Origin: Candidatus Iainarchaeum sp.
GTDB lineage: Archaea; Iainarchaeota; Iainarchaeia; Iainarchaeales; VGJJ01
Direction of reading: 5' to 3'
Assembly (NCBI GenBank): GCA_030688545.1
Contig: JAUYHT010000006.1
Coordinates: 60,001 to 92,000 of the forward strand
Length of the DNA stretch: 32,000 nucleotides
Shown: positions 24,226 to 31,914 of the stretch, in pieces
How the letters are laid out: the number at the start of each line of letters is the position of its first letter
How positions within the stretch are numbered: position 1 is the stretch's first letter
Translations under genes and position numbers: made by a program
The notes under the pieces: model-generated
What the model was told of the DNA's origin: nothing
Database searches by the model: none
Seen by the model: the letters and a program-made list of their open reading frames with translations, nothing else

Positions 24226-25218
24226 ATGAAATGGTCCTGGCTCTCCTTCCTGGTCACGCTGGCTATCTTATACCTGGCCGCGACTCGGTTGGATTGGGTC
24301 TCGTTGTGGGATGCCCTCTTCCTGATCGACCTGTCATTAGTAGCCATGGGCATGCTATTCTGGGTTTTCCTCATGATCTGCAAGGGACTAAAATGGAAAA
24401 CCCTCGTGGGGGCCTTGGGAGGAAAAATAGGGATGTGGGATTCCATGAAAGTGTTGTGGATTGGATTATTCGTGAGTGTCATTACCCCCGGTCGTTTAGG
24501 TGATTTCGTGCGCGCCGCGTATGTGAAGAAAGACTTGTCCACGGGCGGGGGAATTATGGCGGTGGTGGTCGACCGCATGATGGATGTGCTGACCCTCCTC
24601 CTGTTCGCCACGCTCGGACTCCTATTCCTTTCACAGGAGAAAGGGATCAATCTCCTGTCCCCCCCGCTCATTTTAGGATTCATCATTGGGGCGTTCGTGG
24701 GGGCCTATTTGATGCTCAATCGTCGGTTCGCCCGACGCATATTCCCCCTTTTCATGCGCATCCTCCCCCCCACTTATGCCCAGATGCTCCAAAAATATGG
24801 CCGGCAATTCTTTGACAGCCTCCCCGCTCTCAAAAAGAACACGAATGCCATTTTCCTGACCCTGCTCGCCAGTACCGGCGCGTGGATTGGATCTATCTTC
24901 TTCGGGTGGTTTCTGCTGCAATCCTTCGGATTCGCTGTTCCCCTTGAAGTGGCTTTGTTGGTCGTCCCCATCATGTCCCTCGTTGAAATCATCCCCATCG
25001 GGGTCGCGGGATTAGGAACACGTGAGTTGGCCGTGGTCATCGTATTGGGGGCGTATGGCATTCCTCCCGAGCCTGCTGTATTATTTTCCCTCCTCTATTT
25101 CACGTTGGGATATATCCCCAGCTTCCTCATTGGGGCCTGGGCCTTCAATACGCACCCTATTCCCATCGAAGGGGGCTTGAAAGGCCTCATCGCCAAATAC
25201 CGTTCTCCCCGCGGGTGA
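24226..25218 (+). CDS. UPF0104 / lysylphosphatidylglycerol-synthase-TM-region-like (flippase-like) membrane protein
   Basis: Polytopic protein with the family-typical ITPGRLGDFVRAAYV loop and a second GLGTRELAVVIVL block. Confidence 0.7.
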   Translation: MKWSWLSFLVTLAILYLAATRLDWVSLWDALFLIDLSLVAMGMLFWVFLMICKGLKWKTLVGALGGKIGMWDSMKVLWIGLFVSVITPGRLGDFVRAAYVKKDLSTGGGIMAVVVDRMMDVLTLLLFATLGLLFLSQEKGINLLSPPLILGFIIGAFVGAYLMLNRRFARRIFPLFMRILPPTYAQMLQKYGRQFFDSLPALKKNTNAIFLTLLASTGAWIGSIFFGWFLLQSFGFAVPLEVALLVVPIMSLVEIIPIGVAGLGTRELAVVIVLGAYGIPPEPAVLFSLLYFTLGYIPSFLIGAWAFNTHPIPIEGGLKGLIAKYRSPRG

Positions 25219-25392
25219 CTATTATTTTCCTCATTCAAATAAAATCCACAAAAATCCCAAAATGACTTCCTCCCCACCTTAAAGGGTGGGGTATCCAACA
25301 AATAGAAAACGTCACCTGCTCGCGTGATCGCTCGCCAAACAATGGGCGACGAATGTCGCCGGCCAGTTTCGGCTGGCCGCTGCGATTTTGGT

Positions 25393-25413
25393 CAACCTTT
25401 TCCTAAAAGGTTG
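25393..25413. terminator. Hairpin CAACCTTTT-CCT-AAAAGGTTG (member of the T-tract hairpin family)
   Basis: Perfect 9-bp stem with a 3-nt loop, lying between convergent genes. Confidence 0.45.
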
Positions 25414-25439
25414 AGGGCGAGGAATCCACCTTTTTCCCC

Positions 25440-25460
25440 GGGCTTTTTTCTAAAAAGCCC
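25440..25460. terminator. Hairpin GGGCTTTTT-TCT-AAAAAGCCC (member of the T-tract hairpin family)
   Basis: Perfect 9-bp stem with a 3-nt loop, preceded by a T5 tract at 25431-25435. It lies 9 nt from the stop of the minus-strand gene at 25469. Confidence 0.5.
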
Positions 25461-25468
25461 GATTCAAT

Positions 25469-27076
25469 TCATTGACCCCGGTAGACCAGGAACCCGTCTT
25501 TCTCATAGAGGAGCACATGATCCGGGAGGAGAGGGAATACGGATGTATTCACCACGATGAATGCGGCATCGAATTCTTTTACACATGAAAGGCACCGGTT
25601 GGCCAGGGTTTCCTGGAAGCGCGCGGCATCCTGGGATAACATTAAGGTCGCCTCATTCGATACGGTTTGGAAAGTGAGACTCGAGAAATAATGCGTGCTC
25701 TTAAAATCAAATGGAAGCATGCCCGCATACTCCCCCATTTTCCCGTGGCCGGGGGACAGGAACAATACTTTGGATCCACCCGCTTCTCTATTTCCAAACC
25801 ACTCCGCGAACCGCGCTTCCGCAATGGTCGCTTTGGATCCGTAAATAAAATGGGTCGCGCTGGAGGACGTGGCCCAGATTCCGAGGATGAGGACGAGAAG
25901 AATAATCCCCGTTTTCTTCAAATGTATTGGAGAAACCCCCGAAAATATACCTCCGGTGGCGGCAAGCATAACCCCGATGGCGGCCAGATAAATCATTTTT
26001 CCCCCGAAAACGAATGCGGGAAAAAAACCTGCTAACCCGTAACCTAAAACCCCTCCCCCCACCAAGAGGGCCGCAACCCGCTCCCAATCCCGCGGTTTCC
26101 TTTTTCTATGAAAGGCCGCCCAGATCAAGACCCCCACCCCCAAGAGGAATGGAATTATTCCCACCAGGGAAGGGATGGCAAGAATGGTTCCCAAAGAGGG
26201 AATGCTATTCCCAACTATTCCCCCCATCCCTTGAATTTGTCCAAGGAGGGGAATGTATTGAAAGATTAGCGCCGGCAAGGCCACGATTCCTATCCCGACC
26301 CCACTCCTTACCCAATCCCGGATAGGAAGTCTATTGAAAATCCCATGAAAAAGGAACCCCACCATACCCGCATACGGGTGGGCCAGGAAAGCGGCCCCCA
26401 AACTGAGGGTTGACCAACCAGGGGAGGGTTTCCATAACCAGGCGGCCCCCAATCCCAAACCTATGCCCAGGAGAAGCGGGTATTCCCCGGTGAGCAGGCT
26501 GAGAAAGGGGATCCTTAGCCCCAGGAAGAGAAGGGGGGCCAGGACAAAAACCTCCTTCCTCGGAATGAAAAAATGAATCCAGCGCGTGGCATAAAAGAGG
26601 AGCAATAGAATTCCTATCACCCCTCCCGCCCATGCGAGGAGATGAAGGGGGGTGTCCAAGAATGTGAGCTGGGAGAGGAGTACCGGTAGCCCCACCGGAT
26701 AGGAAAAGGGGATGCTGGGGTGCGTGGGATAGGCCAGGGGGATGCGATTTTGAATGGATTGGGTCGCGAAAACCGGAGCCACATCCGCACTAAGGTCAAA
26801 TCCGCCCTGGAGACCGAAAAGGATGAACGCCAGGGCGCCAAACAGAACGATTATCCATATTCCCAAATAGTGTATTCCTGTTTGAGAGGTGGGCACCACA
26901 TGGCGGTGGTTCCTGAAATAAAAAAACCCCATTCCCAATGCAAGAAGCAGGAGAATGGGATGCAAACCAAGCGTGTAACCAAAAAATACCGAGAGCACGA
27001 CCCAGGCGGACAAGGCGATTACTCCCGCATCGAGGATGACCGTCCATGGAAAGCGGGGTAACATAAGATCATTCAT
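25469..27076 (-). CDS. Polytopic membrane protein (about 12 TM) with a C-terminal soluble domain; possible GT-C-type glycosyltransferase or glycan polymerase
   Basis: The hydrophobicity pattern is that of a polytopic protein. Its start overlaps the epimerase stop by 8 nt (ATGAATGA), so the two are co-transcribed. The functional call rests only on context and architecture. Confidence 0.55.
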   Translation of the reverse strand: MNDLMLPRFPWTVILDAGVIALSAWVVLSVFFGYTLGLHPILLLLALGMGFFYFRNHRHVVPTSQTGIHYLGIWIIVLFGALAFILFGLQGGFDLSADVAPVFATQSIQNRIPLAYPTHPSIPFSYPVGLPVLLSQLTFLDTPLHLLAWAGGVIGILLLLFYATRWIHFFIPRKEVFVLAPLLFLGLRIPFLSLLTGEYPLLLGIGLGLGAAWLWKPSPGWSTLSLGAAFLAHPYAGMVGFLFHGIFNRLPIRDWVRSGVGIGIVALPALIFQYIPLLGQIQGMGGIVGNSIPSLGTILAIPSLVGIIPFLLGVGVLIWAAFHRKRKPRDWERVAALLVGGGVLGYGLAGFFPAFVFGGKMIYLAAIGVMLAATGGIFSGVSPIHLKKTGIILLVLILGIWATSSSATHFIYGSKATIAEARFAEWFGNREAGGSKVLFLSPGHGKMGEYAGMLPFDFKSTHYFSSLTFQTVSNEATLMLSQDAARFQETLANRCLSCVKEFDAAFIVVNTSVFPLLPDHVLLYEKDGFLVYRGQ

Positions 27077-27956
27077 GCCTCAAGCACTCCTCAATCGCTT
27101 TTAGAGGTTCCCGGAAAATATCCCCATAGTCCCGCTGGAATTTTTGGGGGTTAACTTGATACGAAGAACTAATGGCTGCGCCGCCATGAATGAAGGAGGG
27201 GATGGGAATGCGGCTGGCGCGGGAGAAAAGCCCAATTCCTTTTAGGGGGGCCGATGGAAGAGAAAAAATCGTTTTGTTTTGGTGATGCACGCGAAGGGAG
27301 GTTTCGACGCACGCCCGCAAGGTGGCTCCGGTCAGAGGACACAAATCATAGGTTTCGGGGACTCGGGGGAAATTTTTGATCAGCTTCAGCAACGCATGCC
27401 CGATGTCCTCGGCGTGCACCGGATGCACATCCCCTTTCCCCCCATCGGGAAGAAAAACAAATGGAAATGGAGTTTCGGCTATCCGCCGGAGCAATCGAAT
27501 AAATCGGGTTTTTTTTCCATAAACCAACGTGGGTCGGATGAAAAGCGTTTCGTACCCCGCTTTAAGTACCTGGGTTTCCATCTCCAGCTTGGACCGCGCA
27601 TACGGGGTCAAATAAGTATGAGTTACAGCCGCGGTGCTGGCGACAATCGTTTTGGAGCATCCGGCTTCCCGAGCTGCTTTTAACAATTCAAGAGTACCTT
27701 GCACGTTCACCCGATGCAATGCTTTTTCATTCGTTGATTTAGTCAGGGCACCCAAATGAATAAGGACATCAACCCCCTCCAGGTTTTTCCTGAAAGACAA
27801 TAGGGAAGTCAAATTCCCCTCTACCCAAGTGACATCGGAATGAGTAAGTGGAATGGTTCCGCGGTGAAGCGCCACGACATCGTGATGCTGCCCAAGAATG
27901 GGCAGGATGGTTTGTCCTATTTCTCCCGTAGCGCCGGTTAGGAACACTCGTGGCAT
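27069..27956 (-). CDS. NAD-dependent epimerase/dehydratase (SDR family)
   Basis: VFLTGATGEIGQ Rossmann motif and a YARSK (YxxxK) catalytic motif. Confidence 0.85.
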   Translation of the reverse strand: MPRVFLTGATGEIGQTILPILGQHHDVVALHRGTIPLTHSDVTWVEGNLTSLLSFRKNLEGVDVLIHLGALTKSTNEKALHRVNVQGTLELLKAAREAGCSKTIVASTAAVTHTYLTPYARSKLEMETQVLKAGYETLFIRPTLVYGKKTRFIRLLRRIAETPFPFVFLPDGGKGDVHPVHAEDIGHALLKLIKNFPRVPETYDLCPLTGATLRACVETSLRVHHQNKTIFSLPSAPLKGIGLFSRASRIPIPSFIHGGAAISSSYQVNPQKFQRDYGDIFREPLKAIEECLRHE

Positions 27957-27962
27957 GCTCCA

Positions 27963-27970
27963 TTTTAATA
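27963..27970 (+). promoter_or_regulatory. TATA box (TTTTAATA) for the GT2 gene
   Basis: Centred about 25 nt upstream of the ATG at 27992. It lies only 7-14 nt from the divergent ATG at 27956. Confidence 0.5.
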
Positions 27971-27978
27971 GGTCGGGG

Positions 27979-27986
27979 ATTTAGAA
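27979..27986 (-). promoter_or_regulatory. TATA-like element (TTCTAAAT on the minus strand) for the epimerase operon
   Basis: Centred about 26 nt upstream of the ATG at 27956. It lies 6-13 nt from the divergent ATG at 27992. Confidence 0.45.
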
Positions 27987-27991
27987 CCCGT

Positions 27992-28795
27992 ATGCCCACT
28001 CCCCGACGCAGAGTCGATATCCTCATAGCCGTCTATCCTGGGAATACGGAGGATATCACGCGCAACTTCCCCCTAATCCAAAAAGCCTGCCGTGAAACCC
28101 TCCCCTTTGTCAGATGGCGAATAACATTGGCCTATAATGGCCATCCTTCCTCCCTGGAGGAGATAAAACGGCTCGCCCAAAATGAGAAGCATGTCCGGGT
28201 GACTTACGTCAAAAAACCCGGGAAAGGAATGGCCTTGCTCAACACCTTGATTCGTACCGACGCCGATATCGCGGCTTACATGGATGCGGATCTCGCCACT
28301 TCCCTAAAAGACCTTCCCACCCTTATTCGTGAAATCGAAAAGGGGGCGGATTTGGTGGGCGGCTCGCGATACCATCCCCAATCTAAAATTACACGGGATC
28401 TCATCCGACGAATCGTGTCCTGGTGTTACACCCGCATTCTCTTGCGTGTATTCCTAGGAGCCCGCTTCACCGATCCCCAATGCGGGTTCAAGGCAATGAG
28501 GATGAAATCAATGATTCCCATCCTCCGCCAGGTGGAGGATTCCTGGTTCTTCTTCGAAACAGAATTTACCTACCGCGCGCAACAAAAAGGGTTGCGCATA
28601 GTCGAAATCCCGGTTGAATGGGAGGAGCGTGCTAACAGCTCGGTAAAATTGGTTCCGACGATTCTCAATTTCACCCGAAACCTTTTGCGCTTGCGGGGGG
28701 ATTCTGTCAATTCATTGAAAAAACCAAATTCGTTGAATAAACCAGTATGGATGGAACCGGTAAAAGTAGTCGTGGACGCCCCTTATGCTCGTTGA
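27992..28795 (+). CDS. GT2-family polyprenyl-phosphate glycosyltransferase (Dpm1/Alg5-like)
   Basis: VDILIAVYPGN..., the DxD motif YMDADL, GGSRY and QCGFKAM motifs. The track start at 27950 is a GTG inside the divergent gene, so I used the ATG at 27992, which has correct TATA spacing. Confidence 0.8.
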   Translation: MPTPRRRVDILIAVYPGNTEDITRNFPLIQKACRETLPFVRWRITLAYNGHPSSLEEIKRLAQNEKHVRVTYVKKPGKGMALLNTLIRTDADIAAYMDADLATSLKDLPTLIREIEKGADLVGGSRYHPQSKITRDLIRRIVSWCYTRILLRVFLGARFTDPQCGFKAMRMKSMIPILRQVEDSWFFFETEFTYRAQQKGLRIVEIPVEWEERANSSVKLVPTILNFTRNLLRLRGDSVNSLKKPNSLNKPVWMEPVKVVVDAPYAR

Positions 28796-29886
28796 TCGCC
28801 TATCCCTCGGATGGCATCCGCCACATACGCGACTTGATCATCGGTCAAATTGGCCCCCATGGGAATCATGAGACCGGTCGCGGAACAAATATCGCTATTG
28901 GGAAAATTTCCTTCCGCCCGATATGGAGGTTGAACATGCACCGAGTAAAAGGCCCTGCGCGTGTCGATGTTCTTCTTCCTCAATTCGACGGCCAATTCAT
29001 CTCGAGATATGGGAAACTCATCCGTAACGAGGATTTGATACATCCAATAGGAATGAGTGGCATATTCCCGTACTGTGGGCAGGATGATTCCTTTTACCCC
29101 CGATAATAGTTCAGAATACATTTTGGCAATCCGGTGTTTACGTTCCAAAAAGGCGTCAATCTTCTCCAGCTGCGCCACTCCAACGGCCGCTTGGAGATCC
29201 GTCATACGATAATTATACCCAATCACTTCATGCCAATACCTTTTTTCAGGCCGCATTCCATGTCCACGCTGCAGCCGGCATGTTTCGATAAATTCGTGAT
29301 CGTCGGAGAGGATCATTCCTCCTTCTCCTGAAGCGATGGTCTTGTTCCCATAGAAGCTAAAGAACGAGATGGGCGCGAGCGATCCGGCCTTCCTTTTCCT
29401 ATAAATGGCACCATGCGCTTCAGCCGCGTCCTCGATAACCCGAATGTCATGCGCGGCCGCAATTTCATTTATCTCATCCATGTCCGCCGGGTGACCAAGC
29501 ATGTGGACAGGCACAATGGCTTTGGTGCGAGGAGTAATGGCTTTCTCCACCGCCACCGGGTCGATATTAAAAGTGTCCGACTGCACATCCACCGGAACGG
29601 GCTTGGCACCCGCATGCAGGGCCATACTGGCAGGAGTAATGAAGGTGTTGTCTGGCACGATGACCTCATCCCCGGGTCCAATGCCCAAAACCTTGTAGAT
29701 CAGATACAGCGCATTCGTCCCGTTGGAGACGGCGCACCCGTATTTCATGTCGCAATATCCAGAAAAAGTTTTCTCGAACCGTTCCACGAAGGGTCCTCCC
29801 CCCAGCCATTTGGATTCGAGAACTTCTTGGAGGTATTTCAGTTCGTTTCCGGCATAGGTGTATTGGGTAACGGGGATCAGATTCAT
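28783..29886 (-). CDS. DegT/DnrJ/EryC1/StrS-family PLP-dependent sugar aminotransferase
   Basis: Family-typical N-terminus (GNELKYLQEVLESKWLGGGPFVERFE), PLP-Lys region FFSFYGNKTIASGEGGMI, and YNYRMTDLQAAVGVAQL. Confidence 0.9.
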   Translation of the reverse strand: MNLIPVTQYTYAGNELKYLQEVLESKWLGGGPFVERFEKTFSGYCDMKYGCAVSNGTNALYLIYKVLGIGPGDEVIVPDNTFITPASMALHAGAKPVPVDVQSDTFNIDPVAVEKAITPRTKAIVPVHMLGHPADMDEINEIAAAHDIRVIEDAAEAHGAIYRKRKAGSLAPISFFSFYGNKTIASGEGGMILSDDHEFIETCRLQRGHGMRPEKRYWHEVIGYNYRMTDLQAAVGVAQLEKIDAFLERKHRIAKMYSELLSGVKGIILPTVREYATHSYWMYQILVTDEFPISRDELAVELRKKNIDTRRAFYSVHVQPPYRAEGNFPNSDICSATGLMIPMGANLTDDQVAYVADAIRGIGDQRA

Positions 29887-29908
29887 GCTAAACGTGAGGG
29901 CGCAAGGG

Positions 29909-29916
29909 CATTAAAT
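29909..29916 (-). promoter_or_regulatory. TATA-like element (ATTTAATG on the minus strand) for the aminotransferase gene
   Basis: Centred about 26 nt upstream of the ATG at 29886. Confidence 0.45.
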
Positions 29917-30048
29917 CCATTGGTTTAAGTCGAGGATTGTACGAGAACGCTGTTGTTTGATAGGCGATTATTTTCCCCGGCGTGGAGGTTTTCGCGGCCC
30001 CCGCTCATTTCCAGGTTCATGCCCGCGTCCACGAAGTGATTTGGGGGT

Positions 30049-30819
30049 TTAAAAATTGCCGAGAACGACTCGTTCTTGTTTTTCGGACCATTCAATTTCT
30101 TCCATGCGCTTATTCATGTTTTCCTTGAATACTGGTTCCATTTTTTTATCGTAAAAATCAAGTACGGCTTTAGCGAGTGCTTCGGGGTCCTTGGGAGGAG
30201 TTAGATATCCTTCCTTTCCATCCGTAATCCAATCCACGTTTCCCCCGACCGCGGTACAAATAACGGGCACCCCAAAACCCCAGGATAAAGGTATGATGGC
30301 CGATTCGGAAATATTTAGGTACGGCATGACCACCACGTCCGCAGAATAAAACACACGCGCCCGGTCGTCGCCCGCCACATACCCTTCGCGGATGAGAATG
30401 TGATCTTTCAGGTTGAGTTTTTCTATCTCGTCAAAATACTTTTGTCTATCTTTCCAGAAAACCCCTTGTATGACCAGTTTAGTATTGGGTTTGTCTTTCA
30501 GTATGCGGGGCATAGCCCGTATGAGGTAAATCAATCCCTTGTAAGGGCGGATAAATCCAAAAAATAAAATTATGTCGTCTTTTACTCCCAACCATTCCCG
30601 CGATTCTTTTTTGGAAAACACTTTGGCTTCGGACGCGGGATTGGAATACGGGGGTTCGATCCAGAACTCCACTTTCTTTCCGGGCAACTCCGCTTCCACC
30701 ATTTTTTTGTCCGCACTGGACATGGCGCATAAGTAGTCGGCTTTATCCAGAAACTTTTTGGCCAATTCCTTGTGCAGTCCCGAGAAGGTTTTTCCATGGA
30801 AAAATTCAACGAAGCCCAT
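30049..30819 (-). CDS. GT4 (group 1) glycosyltransferase, C-terminal two-thirds (split or frameshifted gene)
   Basis: Contains the GT-B C-terminal domain with SESAIIPLSWGFGVPVICTAVGGNVDWITDGKEGYL (an EX7E-type region). Its ATG overlaps the TAA of the upstream fragment (TAATG). Confidence 0.7.
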   Translation of the reverse strand: MGFVEFFHGKTFSGLHKELAKKFLDKADYLCAMSSADKKMVEAELPGKKVEFWIEPPYSNPASEAKVFSKKESREWLGVKDDIILFFGFIRPYKGLIYLIRAMPRILKDKPNTKLVIQGVFWKDRQKYFDEIEKLNLKDHILIREGYVAGDDRARVFYSADVVVMPYLNISESAIIPLSWGFGVPVICTAVGGNVDWITDGKEGYLTPPKDPEALAKAVLDFYDKKMEPVFKENMNKRMEEIEWSEKQERVVLGNF

Positions 30820-31214
30820 TATTCTTCCCCTCCCATGTGGGGGAAAACGTTCTGAAGAATAACACCTGTTTTAGTGTTCTTTTTGATACGGTTTTGGATG
30901 TACCAAAAACAGGGCATCAAATAAGTAGTCCACCATTGAAAAAGAACTCGATCCGGTTTTTCTCTAATAATATAATCCGAAGCATCTTTCCACGTCAGGG
31001 GGTTGGTTCCATCCAACAGGGCCACGGTTTTGAAATTGGGATTTTCGCTGGCCCCTTTTTCATGAATGTCCTTGAACATGAAAGTGGGATAAATTTTCTT
31101 GAATGAGATAGCGGTAACATCATGTTTCTTCGCCAGATTCTGACACAACTGCGTACCGGAATGCGAAATTCCTCCTTTGAACGGGGCTACGGGTCCAATA
31201 ACAAATATTTTCAT
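30819..31214 (-). CDS. GT4 (group 1) glycosyltransferase, N-terminal fragment (131 aa)
   Basis: MKIFVIGPVAPFKGGISHSGTQLCQNL is a typical GT4 N-terminal beta-alpha-beta. The fragment ends NVFPHMGGEE-stop in a homopolymer-rich stretch. A TATA sits at about -26. Confidence 0.7.
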   Translation of the reverse strand: MKIFVIGPVAPFKGGISHSGTQLCQNLAKKHDVTAISFKKIYPTFMFKDIHEKGASENPNFKTVALLDGTNPLTWKDASDYIIREKPDRVLFQWWTTYLMPCFWYIQNRIKKNTKTGVILQNVFPHMGGEE

Positions 31215-31236
31215 TTAGATTTACTCTTTGAGACGA

Positions 31237-31243
31237 TTTATAA
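31237..31243 (-). promoter_or_regulatory. TATA box (GGTTATAAATC on the minus strand) for the GT4 gene
   Basis: Centred 26 nt upstream of the ATG at 31214. Confidence 0.5.
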
Positions 31244-31268
31244 CCATGACCCATCAGCCCAAATTCTA

Positions 31269-31278
31269 TTTTATATAT
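31269..31278 (+). promoter_or_regulatory. TATA box (TTTTATATAT) for the 204-aa hypothetical gene
   Basis: Centred about 26 nt upstream of the ATG at 31300. Confidence 0.55.
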
Positions 31279-31299
31279 GGGGACATTCCATAAGGGAAC

Positions 31300-31914
31300 A
31301 TGCCCACCCCTTTACGCTATCATGGATTCTCCCAGCGCAAACTCACCGAGAAATCCCCCACTGGAAAGCGCCGCCTGTCCCAAAAAGGAAAGAATCTTTT
31401 ATTAGGAAAACGGATCCGGGAGATCCGGCGAATCTTCAATTCCCCTAATCCTGTTTTGACGACCAATCCCAATATGGAAAAAGCCCGCACTCGGGTGTGG
31501 GAGGTATTTTCAGGTAAAAGACCCGCGATTGAGATATATGAGGCAATGCATGATGTCATTTTAGAGCAATTGAAAAGGAAACTCCTTTATCATCGGAACC
31601 TTGTAAATTTGATTAACTATTCAAAGAAGGTGTACGACCATTATTCGATCCATTTCAAAAATGAGAGGCAATTTGGATTGGCTCATGAGATGTTGAATAT
31701 CTACCGGCAACACAAAGAGATCGAATATTTATCTTTGGAAGGATTGCAGAAATTGGAGTACGCCCTCCGTGAGTCCACCCAATTAAAAAAAATGGTAGAA
31801 ACCGGGCAACTTAGGCAGAAGGATGCCAGACGGTTTATCGCGTTTATTCGTTCCGCTCCTCCACAGTCTTTTTTCCTTGAAGATCCCAAGTCGGCAGATA
31901 AAAATAAAATGTGA
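31300..31914 (+). CDS. Hypothetical alpha-helical protein with a basic N-terminus (204 aa)
   Basis: ATG-initiated ORF with a consensus TATA at leaderless spacing. The first 55 aa are Lys/Arg-rich and the rest is predicted helical. No motif recognised. Confidence 0.5.
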   Translation: MPTPLRYHGFSQRKLTEKSPTGKRRLSQKGKNLLLGKRIREIRRIFNSPNPVLTTNPNMEKARTRVWEVFSGKRPAIEIYEAMHDVILEQLKRKLLYHRNLVNLINYSKKVYDHYSIHFKNERQFGLAHEMLNIYRQHKEIEYLSLEGLQKLEYALRESTQLKKMVETGQLRQKDARRFIAFIRSAPPQSFFLEDPKSADKNKM

